Shown here piece by piece: positions 7,961 through 16,423 of a stretch of DNA of 24,919 nt (its first letter is position 1; each line of letters starts with the position of its first letter). The position numbers were made by a program, and so were the translations under genes. The notes under the pieces were generated by a model. That model saw only the letters and a list, made by a program, of their open reading frames with translations, did no database searches and was not told where the DNA came from. This stretch comes from a virus (lineage: Duplodnaviria > Caudoviricetes), in IMG/VR virus record IMGVR_UViG_3300013767_000189, positions 1-24,919 of that record. One strand, given 5' to 3'.

Positions 7961-8452
7961 ATGACACAAATCGGGAGTCGCTTGCGGGACGAGCGCTTGC
8001 GGATCGGGCTCAGCCAGGACGAGTTTGCGACCGTGGGCGGTGTCGCGAGGCGCTCGCAGTCGGCGTACGAGTCGGATGAGCGCTCTCCCGACGCGTCCTA
8101 TCTGCTGGCCGTTCGCGAGATCGGTGTCGATATCGGCTACGTGCTGACCGGCGAGCGGTTCGCGGCAGGCGAACCGGCGTCGGAGGGCGGCGGCCGCGAC
8201 GCGGACGAAGCCGACGTGCTGGCGATGTACCGGCAGCTCAACGACGCCGGCAAGGCATCGCTGCACGCGTTTCTCGCCAGCTGCATCAGCACGGGCGCGA
8301 TGGTGCAGGCGGCGGCGCCGCGGCGCGCGAAGCGCCTGCCGGAGAATCGCCGCGCGGCACTCGATCAGCGCACGGCGGAAAACGTCGATCGCGCGATGGC
8401 CGAGGTCGAGCGGCTGAAGTTGGAACGCGCGGCGAAGCAACCGAAGAAATAA
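7961..8452 (+). CDS. XRE-family HTH phage repressor without an autocleavage domain
   Basis: 'IGSRLRDERLRIGLSQDEFATVGGVARRSQSAYESDERSPDASYL...YVLTG' is a Cro/C1 HTH. It is only 163 aa and has no S24 peptidase-like C-terminus. Confidence 0.88.
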   Translation: MTQIGSRLRDERLRIGLSQDEFATVGGVARRSQSAYESDERSPDASYLLAVREIGVDIGYVLTGERFAAGEPASEGGGRDADEADVLAMYRQLNDAGKASLHAFLASCISTGAMVQAAAPRRAKRLPENRRAALDQRTAENVDRAMAEVERLKLERAAKQPKK

Positions 8453-8629
8453 GCGGCCACGCGGCCCGACGCACCGCGCTGCTGTGCATGCCGGCAGCGC
8501 GCTACACGCGGTCGCACGCAGCCCGATCCGGGCCGTGGCGCGTGCGGCTCGTCTCCTTTCCGTTTCCCGAAGCCATGGCGGTGCGCCGAGCGCGCCGCGC
8601 AAGGCCATCGGATAAAATCGGACGAATCA

Positions 8630-8645
8630 CTGTATATCCATACAG
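8630..8645. promoter_or_regulatory. LexA (SOS) box
   Basis: CTGTATATCCATACAG fits CTGT-N8-ACAG, with palindromic flanks (ACTGT...ACAGT). A -10-like TAGCAT lies at 8654-8659. Confidence 0.88.
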
Positions 8646-8753
8646 TATTGGTTTAGCATTCTGAAAGCCGGCGAGCTGGCGGCGGGGCGTTCCGAGGCGA
8701 CCCGTCGTGTCAGGCGGCCCCCGGTGGATGACTGAGTTTGCGGAGACCGGAAA

Positions 8754-9050
8754 ATGGACACCAACAGGAAGCACGACATCGGGACGATCGGCGCGTCGGC
8801 GCACGCCGACCATCGCGCGGACACGCGTGGATCGACGATGGGCCCGCCGCGATATCGTCCGGACCTGACCGACGACGAGCGGGCCGACGCGCACGCAAAG
8901 ATCGACAGCGCGATGCTGTCGGTCGGGCAGGTGCTCGAGGCAGCGCTGCAGGCGATGGCCAATTTGCGCGATGCGCGTGCCACGTTGCAGCAATGCGGCG
9001 ACGCGCGGGACAAGCGCATGACGCTCGGCGGGCGTCAGCAATCGAGCTGA
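8754..9050 (+). CDS. Hypothetical 98-aa protein downstream of the SOS box (candidate antirepressor)
   Basis: GGAG RBS 9 nt before the ATG; amphipathic helical core 'LTDDERADAHAKIDSAMLSVGQVLEAALQAMANLRDARATL'. The function is inferred from context only. Confidence 0.65.
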   Translation: MDTNRKHDIGTIGASAHADHRADTRGSTMGPPRYRPDLTDDERADAHAKIDSAMLSVGQVLEAALQAMANLRDARATLQQCGDARDKRMTLGGRQQSS

Positions 9051-9230
9051 ACCGCCACTCCCCATCCCCGCCGGCCGGCATTCGCTCCGGCCGCTGCATC
9101 GAACCCGAGCCGCGCGTCCCGCGCATTGCCTCGCCCCGCCCACCGAGATCCTGAATTCGCCACCGCGATCGCCCGCACGCGATCGCGTGCCGGGCATCGC
9201 GGCGTCGGCCGCCGCTTGCCATTTCACCCG

Positions 9231-10301
9231 TCAGCGCTTGCCGGTTCGCCCCGACTTCTTTGGCGCGTCGCGTACCTCGAGCTCGAGCGCGGTCGTGAAA
9301 CCGCCGTCGCCGATCGTATGCGTCGCCTTCTTCACGAGCCACGGCGTGTCGTCGATTTCCGGCTTGAACCCCGTCACGGTGACGGGCATCTCGGGAAACA
9401 GTTCGGGCCGGCCCAGGGCGAGCGTGTAGCTCAGCGTCGACTGGCCGCGCTGCGTGCGCGCGTGGTCGGCTTGCGCGGCCGCCCGGGCCTCGGCTTCCGT
9501 TGCGTAATCCTCGGGCAGCACCTTGACGTTCTTGCCTTTCGCGTCGCCGACGACCACCGACAGCCGCCGCGCACTGCCGTTCGAGTGATAGTGCGCGCGC
9601 ACCGACGTGTAATCGTCGCGCTGCGCGATGTGGTAGCGATGCTGGTCGCCGCTCGCGCGCGTGATGGCCAGCACGTCGAGCGGCTTGCCGCTGACGGTCT
9701 TGCCGCTGCCGATCGGCGTGAACAGCAGGCGCTTGTCCTTCACGGTCATCACCGCGTCGTAGCGTTTGGCGAGGCGCGTCAGGAACGACATGTCGGATTC
9801 CTGCGTCTGGTCGACATGGTCGATCCGCATCGCGGCGAGCGTGGCGTCGACGGCGGCCGTGAGCCCGTAGCGTGTCGCGATGGTGCGCACGATCGCGCCG
9901 ATCGTCTGCCGGTGCCAGCTTTTCTCGCGGCGCTCGTGCATGCCGTTCGTCATCGATGCCGAGCGTGCGCGGATCGTGATGACGTCCGGTGCGCCGCTGT
10001 GCTCGACTTCGTCGACCGTGAACGCGCCCTTGTCGACGAGCGGCTCGCCGACCCAGCCGATCGACAGCTTGATGTTCGCGCCGCGCTTCGGAATCGCGAA
10101 CGTGCCGCGCGCGTCGTCGAGCACCAGGTCGAGCATGTCGGCCTCGTCCGCGCGCGATTCCGACAGCGACAGGCTGATGAGGTTGGGCGCGATCAGGCGC
10201 GACAGGTCGCGGCCGTCGAGCGTGATCCGATAGTCGGCCTGCGGCTGCACGCGCCCCGCGCGGGCCTGCGCGTCGCCCGGCTTGCGTTCCAGCGTGCTCA
10301 T
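9231..10301 (-). CDS. D: P2 gpD-like tail hub / late control protein
   Basis: 'LISLSLSESRADEADMLDLVLDD', 'VDKGAFTVDEVEHSGAPD' and 'DQTQESDMSFLTRLAKRYD'; follows U in P2 order. Confidence 0.9.
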   Translation of the reverse strand: MSTLERKPGDAQARAGRVQPQADYRITLDGRDLSRLIAPNLISLSLSESRADEADMLDLVLDDARGTFAIPKRGANIKLSIGWVGEPLVDKGAFTVDEVEHSGAPDVITIRARSASMTNGMHERREKSWHRQTIGAIVRTIATRYGLTAAVDATLAAMRIDHVDQTQESDMSFLTRLAKRYDAVMTVKDKRLLFTPIGSGKTVSGKPLDVLAITRASGDQHRYHIAQRDDYTSVRAHYHSNGSARRLSVVVGDAKGKNVKVLPEDYATEAEARAAAQADHARTQRGQSTLSYTLALGRPELFPEMPVTVTGFKPEIDDTPWLVKKATHTIGDGGFTTALELEVRDAPKKSGRTGKR

Positions 10302-10729
10302 TGCTCGTCCGCTCCGCTTTCGTCGTCCTGCTGCGGTTCGGACAGCACGCCGTCGTCGACGCGCTTGAGCGTCAGCGTGAACGCGATCTTGCGCGCGATG
10401 CCTTCCTTCGTGTGATACGTGGCCGTCTCGTTGAGGCTGTCGATGACGTACGCGCCGTACACGTTGCCGTTCCCGTCGACGAGCACGTAGGCGTCGCCGG
10501 CGTCGCCCATCCGGGCGAGCGCCTCGATCGACGCGATCTCGCCGATGCCGTTGTCGGGGGCGACGATGCCGGACAGGGTGATCGTGTCGTCGCCGGCGCC
10601 GGTGAACTGGCTCGCATCGCGCACGCCGATGCGCGAACTGGTGCGGTGCTTCCAGTTGCGCTGGCGCTGGAGCTCCTGGTAGGGCGTGGTCGCCAGGCTG
10701 AAAACGAACTGGTCGAGCGACATCATCAT
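10298..10729 (-). CDS. U: P2 gpU-like tail tube initiator
   Basis: 'FVFSLATTPYQELQRQRNWKH...QFTGAGDDTITLSG...FTLTLKRVD'; lies between T and D. Confidence 0.9.
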   Translation of the reverse strand: MMMSLDQFVFSLATTPYQELQRQRNWKHRTSSRIGVRDASQFTGAGDDTITLSGIVAPDNGIGEIASIEALARMGDAGDAYVLVDGNGNVYGAYVIDSLNETATYHTKEGIARKIAFTLTLKRVDDGVLSEPQQDDESGADEQ

Positions 10730-10753
10730 GGGCGGGTTTCCTTCAACGAACGA

Positions 10754-13327
10754 TCAATCGGACAGGCGCGAGCCGGCGCGCGACGCCTTCGCGCGTTCGG
10801 TGCGTTCGAGCTCGGCGCGCACCATGCGCGCGATCTCGGCCGCATCGGCGCCGGGCGGCGGCGCGATGTTGATGGTGACGGGGCCGGCCGCGGGCGCGGC
10901 GCTGGCGGCAGCGGCGGCCGGCGCCGTGAGCGGCGCGCGGTAGTCGAGCGACAGGTTGTAGCGCTCGAGCGGCGCGGCAGCGGCGATCGCCGGGCTCGCG
11001 GCAAACGCGGGCGGGCCGGCCAGCGCGGCGGTGGTCGTGAGCGCGGCGGCGGTGCGGGCCATGAGTGACGGGGCGCCGGCAGCGGCGCCGGCCGTGCCGT
11101 CGTCGGGCGTGGTCGAAGCCTGCATGCCGAGTTTTTCCTTGAGCCAGCCGAGCGCCGAACTGCCCAGGCCGCTGATCGTTTCCTTCAGTGCGGCGAAGCG
11201 GCTCTTGATGCCGTCGACGAGCCCGGACACCAGGCTGGCGCCGATTTCCTGGAAGCGCGTGCCGAGGTCGCCGAACCAGTCGCCGATGCCGCCGAGCGTG
11301 GTCTTCACCCACTCGACAGTGGCGTCCCATTTCGCGGTGATCCAGTCACCGGCCGCGCCGAACGCCTCCTTGATCGTTTCCCACAGCGCGAGGAACTTCG
11401 GGCCGAGCGTGTCCCAGTTCTGCCAGACGTAGATGGCGGCCCCCGCGATCAGGGTGATCACGGCCATCAGCGGATTCGCCAGCGCCAGCCGGCCGAGCAC
11501 CATGAATGCCTGCCCGACGAGCCTGAACGCGCCGACGATCGACGTCGCGAAGCGGAGCACGTTCACCGATCCGAGCACGTTGCCGAAAACGCTCGCCAGC
11601 GTGCCGGCGACGGTGAGTGCGCCGCCCAGCCCTGCGAAAACCGTGGCGAGGATGCGGGTCGCCGTGCCGTGTTCGCGCACGAACTTCACGATCTTCTCGA
11701 GCACGGTGGCCGTGACGTCCAGCGCCGCGTTGTACATCGGCGTGATCTTCTCGCCGATCTCGAGCTTCAGGTCGCGCAACTGCGCGAGGACGATGAGTTC
11801 GCGGCCCGCGGTCGAATCCGCGGCTTTCGCCCGCATGCCGGTGACGCCGTCGGCGGCGGCGCTCTGCCGCTCGGTGTCGTGGATCTGCTCGCGCTGGTCA
11901 TACATCGTCGTGAGCAGGTTCCCCGCGGCCTTGTCGGGGAACAGTTTCGCCAGCTCGGCCTTCACCTTGTCGGGGCTCGTGATCCCCTTGGCGGCGAGCT
12001 TCGGCAGCAGCACCTTTTCGAGCCATTCGAACGGCGACGCCTGCAGCATGTCGCTGCCCGCCAGCGCGCCCGGCTTGAGCCCGCCGATCGCACCGTTCTT
12101 CCGGTGCGTGAGCCCTTTGGGATCGACGAGGCCGAGCGCCGCCAGCCGTTGTGCGGCGAGCGGGGTCGCCTTGCCCTCGAGCGCGCTGCCGGACAGTGCG
12201 GCCAGGCCTGCGCCGGCCGACTTGCCGCCCAGCTTCTCGATGAGCGGCTGCATCTGGTAGTAGAACGCGTCCGTGCGCAACTTCTTCGCCGCGTTGCCAC
12301 CCGATTCGGCGAAGTTGTTCCACTCGTCGCCGCTGACCTTGCCGCCGGTCGCCGTCTGCATCTTCTGCACGATGTTCGCTTCGGCGCCGAACGCCGCTTC
12401 GCTCTTCGTGCCGCCGCGCAGGTCGATCACCTTCAGCATGCTCATGAACTTGTCGACGTTCGCCTTCGCGTCGTCCTTGCCGTACAGCGCCTCGTTCGCG
12501 AATTTCATCGAGGACAGCAGCGGCAGCGCGACCCGCGCATGCTGTTCGTCGCCGCCGAGCTCGGTCAGCGATTCGCGCATCAGCGCCAGGTTGTCGATGG
12601 TCGACAGGCCCTGGGCACGCTGTGCACGCGCGAACGTCACGGCGTCGGCCGATGCGCCTTGCGCACGCATGCGCAGCGTCTCGCTTTCGGCCTGCTTCGC
12701 GGTGTCGAGCGGATCGGACAGCATGCCGAGCATGTTCTTGCCGACGCCCTTGACCGCGTCGCCGCGCTTCGCCCACTTCTCGCCGACGCCGCGCAGTGCG
12801 TCGATCTTCGCGCGCCGGGCGTCGGCGCGCTGGCGGCGCGCGTCGTCGAACGCGTCCGTGTCGGCCGTCATCTTCGACCTGCGTCGCGCGCTGTTCGTGG
12901 CCAGCGCGAATTCGTGCTGGTCGAGATGGCGCGTGTCGATACCCGCACCGACCAGCTGGGTGCGCAGTTCGCGAATGCGTGAGACCTGCCTGCCTTGCGT
13001 GGCCGTCAGGTCGGAGACCGAGCGCTGCACCCGGGCGAAGTCGTCGATCATCTGGCGCGACGGCGGACCGGAGGCGCGCAGCGCGATGCGCAGCTCCCCG
13101 ACACGCAGCTTGGCCGTCTTGAGCTCGGACGCGGTTTTCGCCACGCCGCCGCGCAAGTCGCGAAACTCGCCGATGCGCTTCTGCATCTTCGCCATGTCAT
13201 CCAGCTCGCGGCGGGTGGCCCGCAGCGAATCGGCCAGCCCCTGGTTGCCGGTCAGCATCATTTGCAGGGGCTTCGTCATGTTGTCGACCATGTCGAACAT
13301 GACGCGCAGTTTCGTGGTGTTGTCCAT
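10754..13327 (-). CDS. T: Tail tape measure protein (857 aa)
   Basis: Long helical Ala/Lys-rich protein with N-terminal 'VDNMTKPL', hydrophobic segments and 'IYVWQNWDTL' Trp repeats; lies after E/E'. Confidence 0.9.
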   Translation of the reverse strand: MDNTTKLRVMFDMVDNMTKPLQMMLTGNQGLADSLRATRRELDDMAKMQKRIGEFRDLRGGVAKTASELKTAKLRVGELRIALRASGPPSRQMIDDFARVQRSVSDLTATQGRQVSRIRELRTQLVGAGIDTRHLDQHEFALATNSARRRSKMTADTDAFDDARRQRADARRAKIDALRGVGEKWAKRGDAVKGVGKNMLGMLSDPLDTAKQAESETLRMRAQGASADAVTFARAQRAQGLSTIDNLALMRESLTELGGDEQHARVALPLLSSMKFANEALYGKDDAKANVDKFMSMLKVIDLRGGTKSEAAFGAEANIVQKMQTATGGKVSGDEWNNFAESGGNAAKKLRTDAFYYQMQPLIEKLGGKSAGAGLAALSGSALEGKATPLAAQRLAALGLVDPKGLTHRKNGAIGGLKPGALAGSDMLQASPFEWLEKVLLPKLAAKGITSPDKVKAELAKLFPDKAAGNLLTTMYDQREQIHDTERQSAAADGVTGMRAKAADSTAGRELIVLAQLRDLKLEIGEKITPMYNAALDVTATVLEKIVKFVREHGTATRILATVFAGLGGALTVAGTLASVFGNVLGSVNVLRFATSIVGAFRLVGQAFMVLGRLALANPLMAVITLIAGAAIYVWQNWDTLGPKFLALWETIKEAFGAAGDWITAKWDATVEWVKTTLGGIGDWFGDLGTRFQEIGASLVSGLVDGIKSRFAALKETISGLGSSALGWLKEKLGMQASTTPDDGTAGAAAGAPSLMARTAAALTTTAALAGPPAFAASPAIAAAAPLERYNLSLDYRAPLTAPAAAAASAAPAAGPVTINIAPPPGADAAEIARMVRAELERTERAKASRAGSRLSD

Positions 13328-13342
13328 CGTCGATCGTTTCGC

Positions 13343-13845
13343 TCATTGGGCGCCGGCGCGTACTCGTGCGCGCTCGCGCCAGTCCATCAGCTCGGCCAGG
13401 CTGAAGGCATCCATCACGGGCGGTGTCCAGCCGAACACCGTCGCGATGTCTGCCATCGGGTCTTCTACGCGGTCTGGGAGGCCAGTCGGGATTTCACGGC
13501 CTTCGGCATCAAAAAACCGGCGAAGATGCCTCCCAGCTGCACGAGGTCGGCGGGGTCGATGCCGGCGACGTCGGCTTCGGTCAGCATCGGCGAGCTGATG
13601 CGCGGCAGTACTTTCGACAGCGCGACGACGTCGAGGCTGACGAGATCGGACAGCGATACGCCGCGCAGCTCGCCCGATTTCGGCTTGCGCAGCGTGATCG
13701 ACGTGATCGTCTGGTTGCCGCGCACGAGCGGCGTGTCGAGCGTGTGGGTGGCCGGATCGTCCTGGTCGGGCGCGGCGATCGCGGTGACGGCGGACGCATC
13801 GGCCTGCGAGTCGTTCGCGGCCGGGTCGGGTTGCATCGGATTCAT
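13343..13845 (-). CDS. Tail assembly chaperone gpE+E' (-1 programmed frameshift product)
   Basis: Slippery TTTTTTG at 13516-13510; the -1 frame reads '...MADIATVFGWTPPVMDAFSLAELMDWRERA', a gpE'-type motif, and stops at 13343. Confidence 0.85.
13465..13845 (-). CDS. E: Tail assembly chaperone gpE
   Basis: 'TLDTPLVRGNQTITSITLRKPKSGELRGVSL...LPRISSP...DPADL'; lies between the tube and tape measure genes. Confidence 0.9.
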   Translation of the reverse strand: MNPMQPDPAANDSQADASAVTAIAAPDQDDPATHTLDTPLVRGNQTITSITLRKPKSGELRGVSLSDLVSLDVVALSKVLPRISSPMLTEADVAGIDPADLVQLGGIFAGFLMPKAVKSRLASQTA

Positions 13846-13920
13846 GGTGGTCCTGTCGGTGATCTGTCGGGGGGAAGTGCGGAGGGCAGGCCCGGCCGGC
13901 GTAACCGGCCGGGCGGCGGA

Positions 13921-14430
13921 TTACAGGCCGATCGCGTTGCGCAGCGCTGCGAACAGGTCGTTGCCGTTGACCTTCTCGACCATGTTGACGAAGTCGATCT
14001 CGATCACGTCCTGGCCGTTCACGGACAGCTTGTAGTAGCTGGCGACGGTCGTGACCTTGAACGCGGTGTCTTCCTTCGACTTCGCGGTGCCCGGGTCGAT
14101 TTCGCTGTGGCGGCCGCGGATGACGATCTCGATCGCGTCGACGTTGGTCGAATCCTCGGACTGGTAGCCGCCGGCGAAGCGCAGCAGCACGCCGTCGTGC
14201 TTCGTGATCGCGTATTGCCCGAGCACGGAGCGCATGAAGCCGCCGCAGGTCCATTCGAGCTGGATCCCTTCCTGCCCGAAGTCGACCTTGATCGGGCCGC
14301 TCATGCCGCCGCCCTGGTAGTCCTCCATCTTGCGCGTGAGCTTCGGCAGCGTGACTTCGACAACCTGGCCGACGAAGTTCTCGCCGTTCTGGAACAGGTT
14401 GAATCCCTTGAGTTTGCGAGGCATACCCAT
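13921..14430 (-). CDS. FII: Major tail tube protein FII
   Basis: 'MPRKLKGFNLF...VTLPKLTRKMEDYQGGGM...YYKL...IEIDFVNM'. Confidence 0.93.
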   Translation of the reverse strand: MGMPRKLKGFNLFQNGENFVGQVVEVTLPKLTRKMEDYQGGGMSGPIKVDFGQEGIQLEWTCGGFMRSVLGQYAITKHDGVLLRFAGGYQSEDSTNVDAIEIVIRGRHSEIDPGTAKSKEDTAFKVTTVASYYKLSVNGQDVIEIDFVNMVEKVNGNDLFAALRNAIGL

Positions 14431-14458
14431 CGTGTTTGACTCCTGGTGAGGCCGGTCG

Positions 14459-15631
14459 TTACGCGCTGACGCGCGCGGCGAAATCGGCGAGGTAACGGTC
14501 GGTGATGCGCTGGCGCAGCATCAGGTTTTCGAGCGGCGGAACCGGCGTGTATTCGTAGTCGAGATACGCCTTGCCGGACTTCAGCACGTCGGTCGTGTTC
14601 GGCTCCGGGTCGTACCAGGCCGAGCCGCCGATCAGGTAGCCCTGCGAGATCCATTCGCGGAACTTGGCGTTGATCGTTTCGATGATGTCGCGCGGCAGCG
14701 ACGGGTTGAGCGGGCCGTCGATGATGGCCATCTGCGCTTCGGCGATCGAATCGGCGATGACCTGCGCGGTGCGCGTGTAGTTCTCGAACGCGAACAGCGG
14801 ATCGTCCGAGCACGTGCGCGAACCCCAGAAGCGGAAGCCGTTGCGGTTCACGAGCGTCGTCACGTCCTGCTCGTTGAGGAAGCCCGCGTCCGTCGCCGGA
14901 TCCTGCAGGTCCCACGACACGTCGGCGCTGATGCCGGTGACGCCGTTCACGCCGACGTTCGACAGCGTCTTGTGCCAGCCCGTGTCGTTGTCGATCTTCG
15001 CGCGCAGGCCGGCCGCATACGCGGTGGCCGGCACGACGATCGTCTTGTTGGTCGTGTCGTCCCATGCGAGGAAGTCCGGCCAGACGACCATCAGTTCGCG
15101 CTGGCTGAACTGCTTGCGATAGGTGACGGCTTCTTCCTTCGTCTTGCAGCCGTTGGCCGACACGTACGCGAATGCGCGCAGCGACTGTGCGATCGACGCG
15201 AGCGCCGCGGCGACGGGTTGCGTGTCGAGGCCCGGCGTCGCGAGGATGCGCGGCTTCACGCCGAAGCGTGCCTGCGCGCCGAGCAGCGCCTTCATGCCGG
15301 TGTACTTGCCGTCGGCGGTGACGGTGCCGATCACGTTGGTCGCCGTCTCGGCGGCGTCCTTGCCTTCGGCGACGCGCACGACGATCGTGACGGGCTTGGT
15401 CTGCCGGCCGATCGCATCGAGCGTGCGGCGCAGCGTGCCTTTGGTGCCGGCCTTGCCGAGCGCGGCAACGACGTTGGTCAGAAGGACGGGCGTGTCGAGC
15501 GGGAATGCGGTGGCATCGGCGTCGGACGCGGTGCAGACGATGCCGACGACGGCCGTCGACACGGTGCGGATCGGGCGCGAGCCCTCGTTGATTTCGATGA
15601 CGCGTACGCCGTGGTGGTAATCCTGCGGCAT
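14459..15631 (-). CDS. FI: Contractile tail sheath protein FI
   Basis: 'DYHHGVRVIE...', 'GWHKTLSNV', 'GFRFWGSRTCS', 'YTPVPPLENL'; RBS AGGAG. Confidence 0.95.
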   Translation of the reverse strand: MPQDYHHGVRVIEINEGSRPIRTVSTAVVGIVCTASDADATAFPLDTPVLLTNVVAALGKAGTKGTLRRTLDAIGRQTKPVTIVVRVAEGKDAAETATNVIGTVTADGKYTGMKALLGAQARFGVKPRILATPGLDTQPVAAALASIAQSLRAFAYVSANGCKTKEEAVTYRKQFSQRELMVVWPDFLAWDDTTNKTIVVPATAYAAGLRAKIDNDTGWHKTLSNVGVNGVTGISADVSWDLQDPATDAGFLNEQDVTTLVNRNGFRFWGSRTCSDDPLFAFENYTRTAQVIADSIAEAQMAIIDGPLNPSLPRDIIETINAKFREWISQGYLIGGSAWYDPEPNTTDVLKSGKAYLDYEYTPVPPLENLMLRQRITDRYLADFAARVSA

Positions 15632-15691
15632 GGTGTGTGGCTCCTGTGTGTGCAGATCAGATGAAAGAGAACGGGAGAAATCCCGTGCGGA

Positions 15692-16408
15692 TCAGGCCGC
15701 GGGGTCCGCGACCGGAGCTGCAGGTGCGCTGGGTTCGTCGGGCTGGGGCTGGGGGGCCGGCTGGGGCTCAGGCTCGGGCTTCGATTCCGGCTGCGGCTCG
15801 GGTTCCGGTTCCGGCTGCGGTTCCGGCTGCGGAGGCGGTACGTACGGCGCCGGCGTAGTCGGCCACGTCACCGAATCGGGGAACGTGTCGGCCTGGATGA
15901 CCGAAACGAGTGCCATCTGGTAGGCCGACCAGGCCTTGAAGTAGTAGATGCCTTCGTCATCGAGCAGGCCCGCGGCGTAGGCATCGGCCTTGCCGGCGTT
16001 CGCCTTGCGTGCGGCTTCCAGGCGGCGCTCGAACTCGGCCATCGCGGCGTCGCGTTTTTCGCGCTCGAGCAGCGCGGCCGGAATCGCCCACGCGCCGTTG
16101 ATCCACGCGTGGCGCGGCGACGGTTGCGCTTGTGTCGTCAGGCCGAGTTCGTCGGGCGTCTTGCCGGCCGTCGCGATTTCGACGGCTTCGCCCGTGTCGG
16201 TGCGATAGCAGAGGCGGCCGCGGAAATCCGGCAACAGCGTCCACGCGCTGTCGCGGTAGAACGGCCAGGACGTCGGCGTGCGCGCCGGCGGCATGTCGAA
16301 CGTCGCCCATGACGGCACGAGCCAGCGTTCGGGGTTACGCGGATCGGCGTCGGGCTGGCCGCTGCTCAGGTATTCGCCGGTCGACTGGTTGTAGTGGTGG
16401 ATCAGCAT
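15692..16408 (-). CDS. Tail fibre assembly chaperone (gpG/Tfa-like) with a Pro-rich C-terminal extension
   Basis: 'HHYNQSTGEYL...DPRNP...W...PDFRG', 'W..Y..AL...WPTTP'; directly downstream of the tail fibre. Confidence 0.85.
   Translation of the reverse strand: MLIHHYNQSTGEYLSSGQPDADPRNPERWLVPSWATFDMPPARTPTSWPFYRDSAWTLLPDFRGRLCYRTDTGEAVEIATAGKTPDELGLTTQAQPSPRHAWINGAWAIPAALLEREKRDAAMAEFERRLEAARKANAGKADAYAAGLLDDEGIYYFKAWSAYQMALVSVIQADTFPDSVTWPTTPAPYVPPPQPEPQPEPEPEPQPESKPEPEPQPAPQPQPDEPSAPAAPVADPAA
15740..15838 (-). repeat. Degenerate 6-bp coding repeat giving (PQ/PE)n
   Basis: Encodes PPPQPEPQPEPEPEPQPESKPEPEPQPAPQPQP. Confidence 0.8.
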
Positions 16409-16423
16409 GTTTCGGGGTCCAGG

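Noticed and set aside
9164-9187. CGCGATCGC-N6-GCGATCGCG hairpin as a terminator between convergent genes
   Set aside because: No U-tract on either side, and such GC palindromes are common here.
8453-9230. Anti-phage defence or toxin-antitoxin cargo at a P2 accessory hotspot
   Set aside because: No low-GC cargo gene or recognisable defence domain; only the small SOS-box gene is supported. The overlapping ORF 8738-9154 lacks a comparable RBS and is low-complexity.
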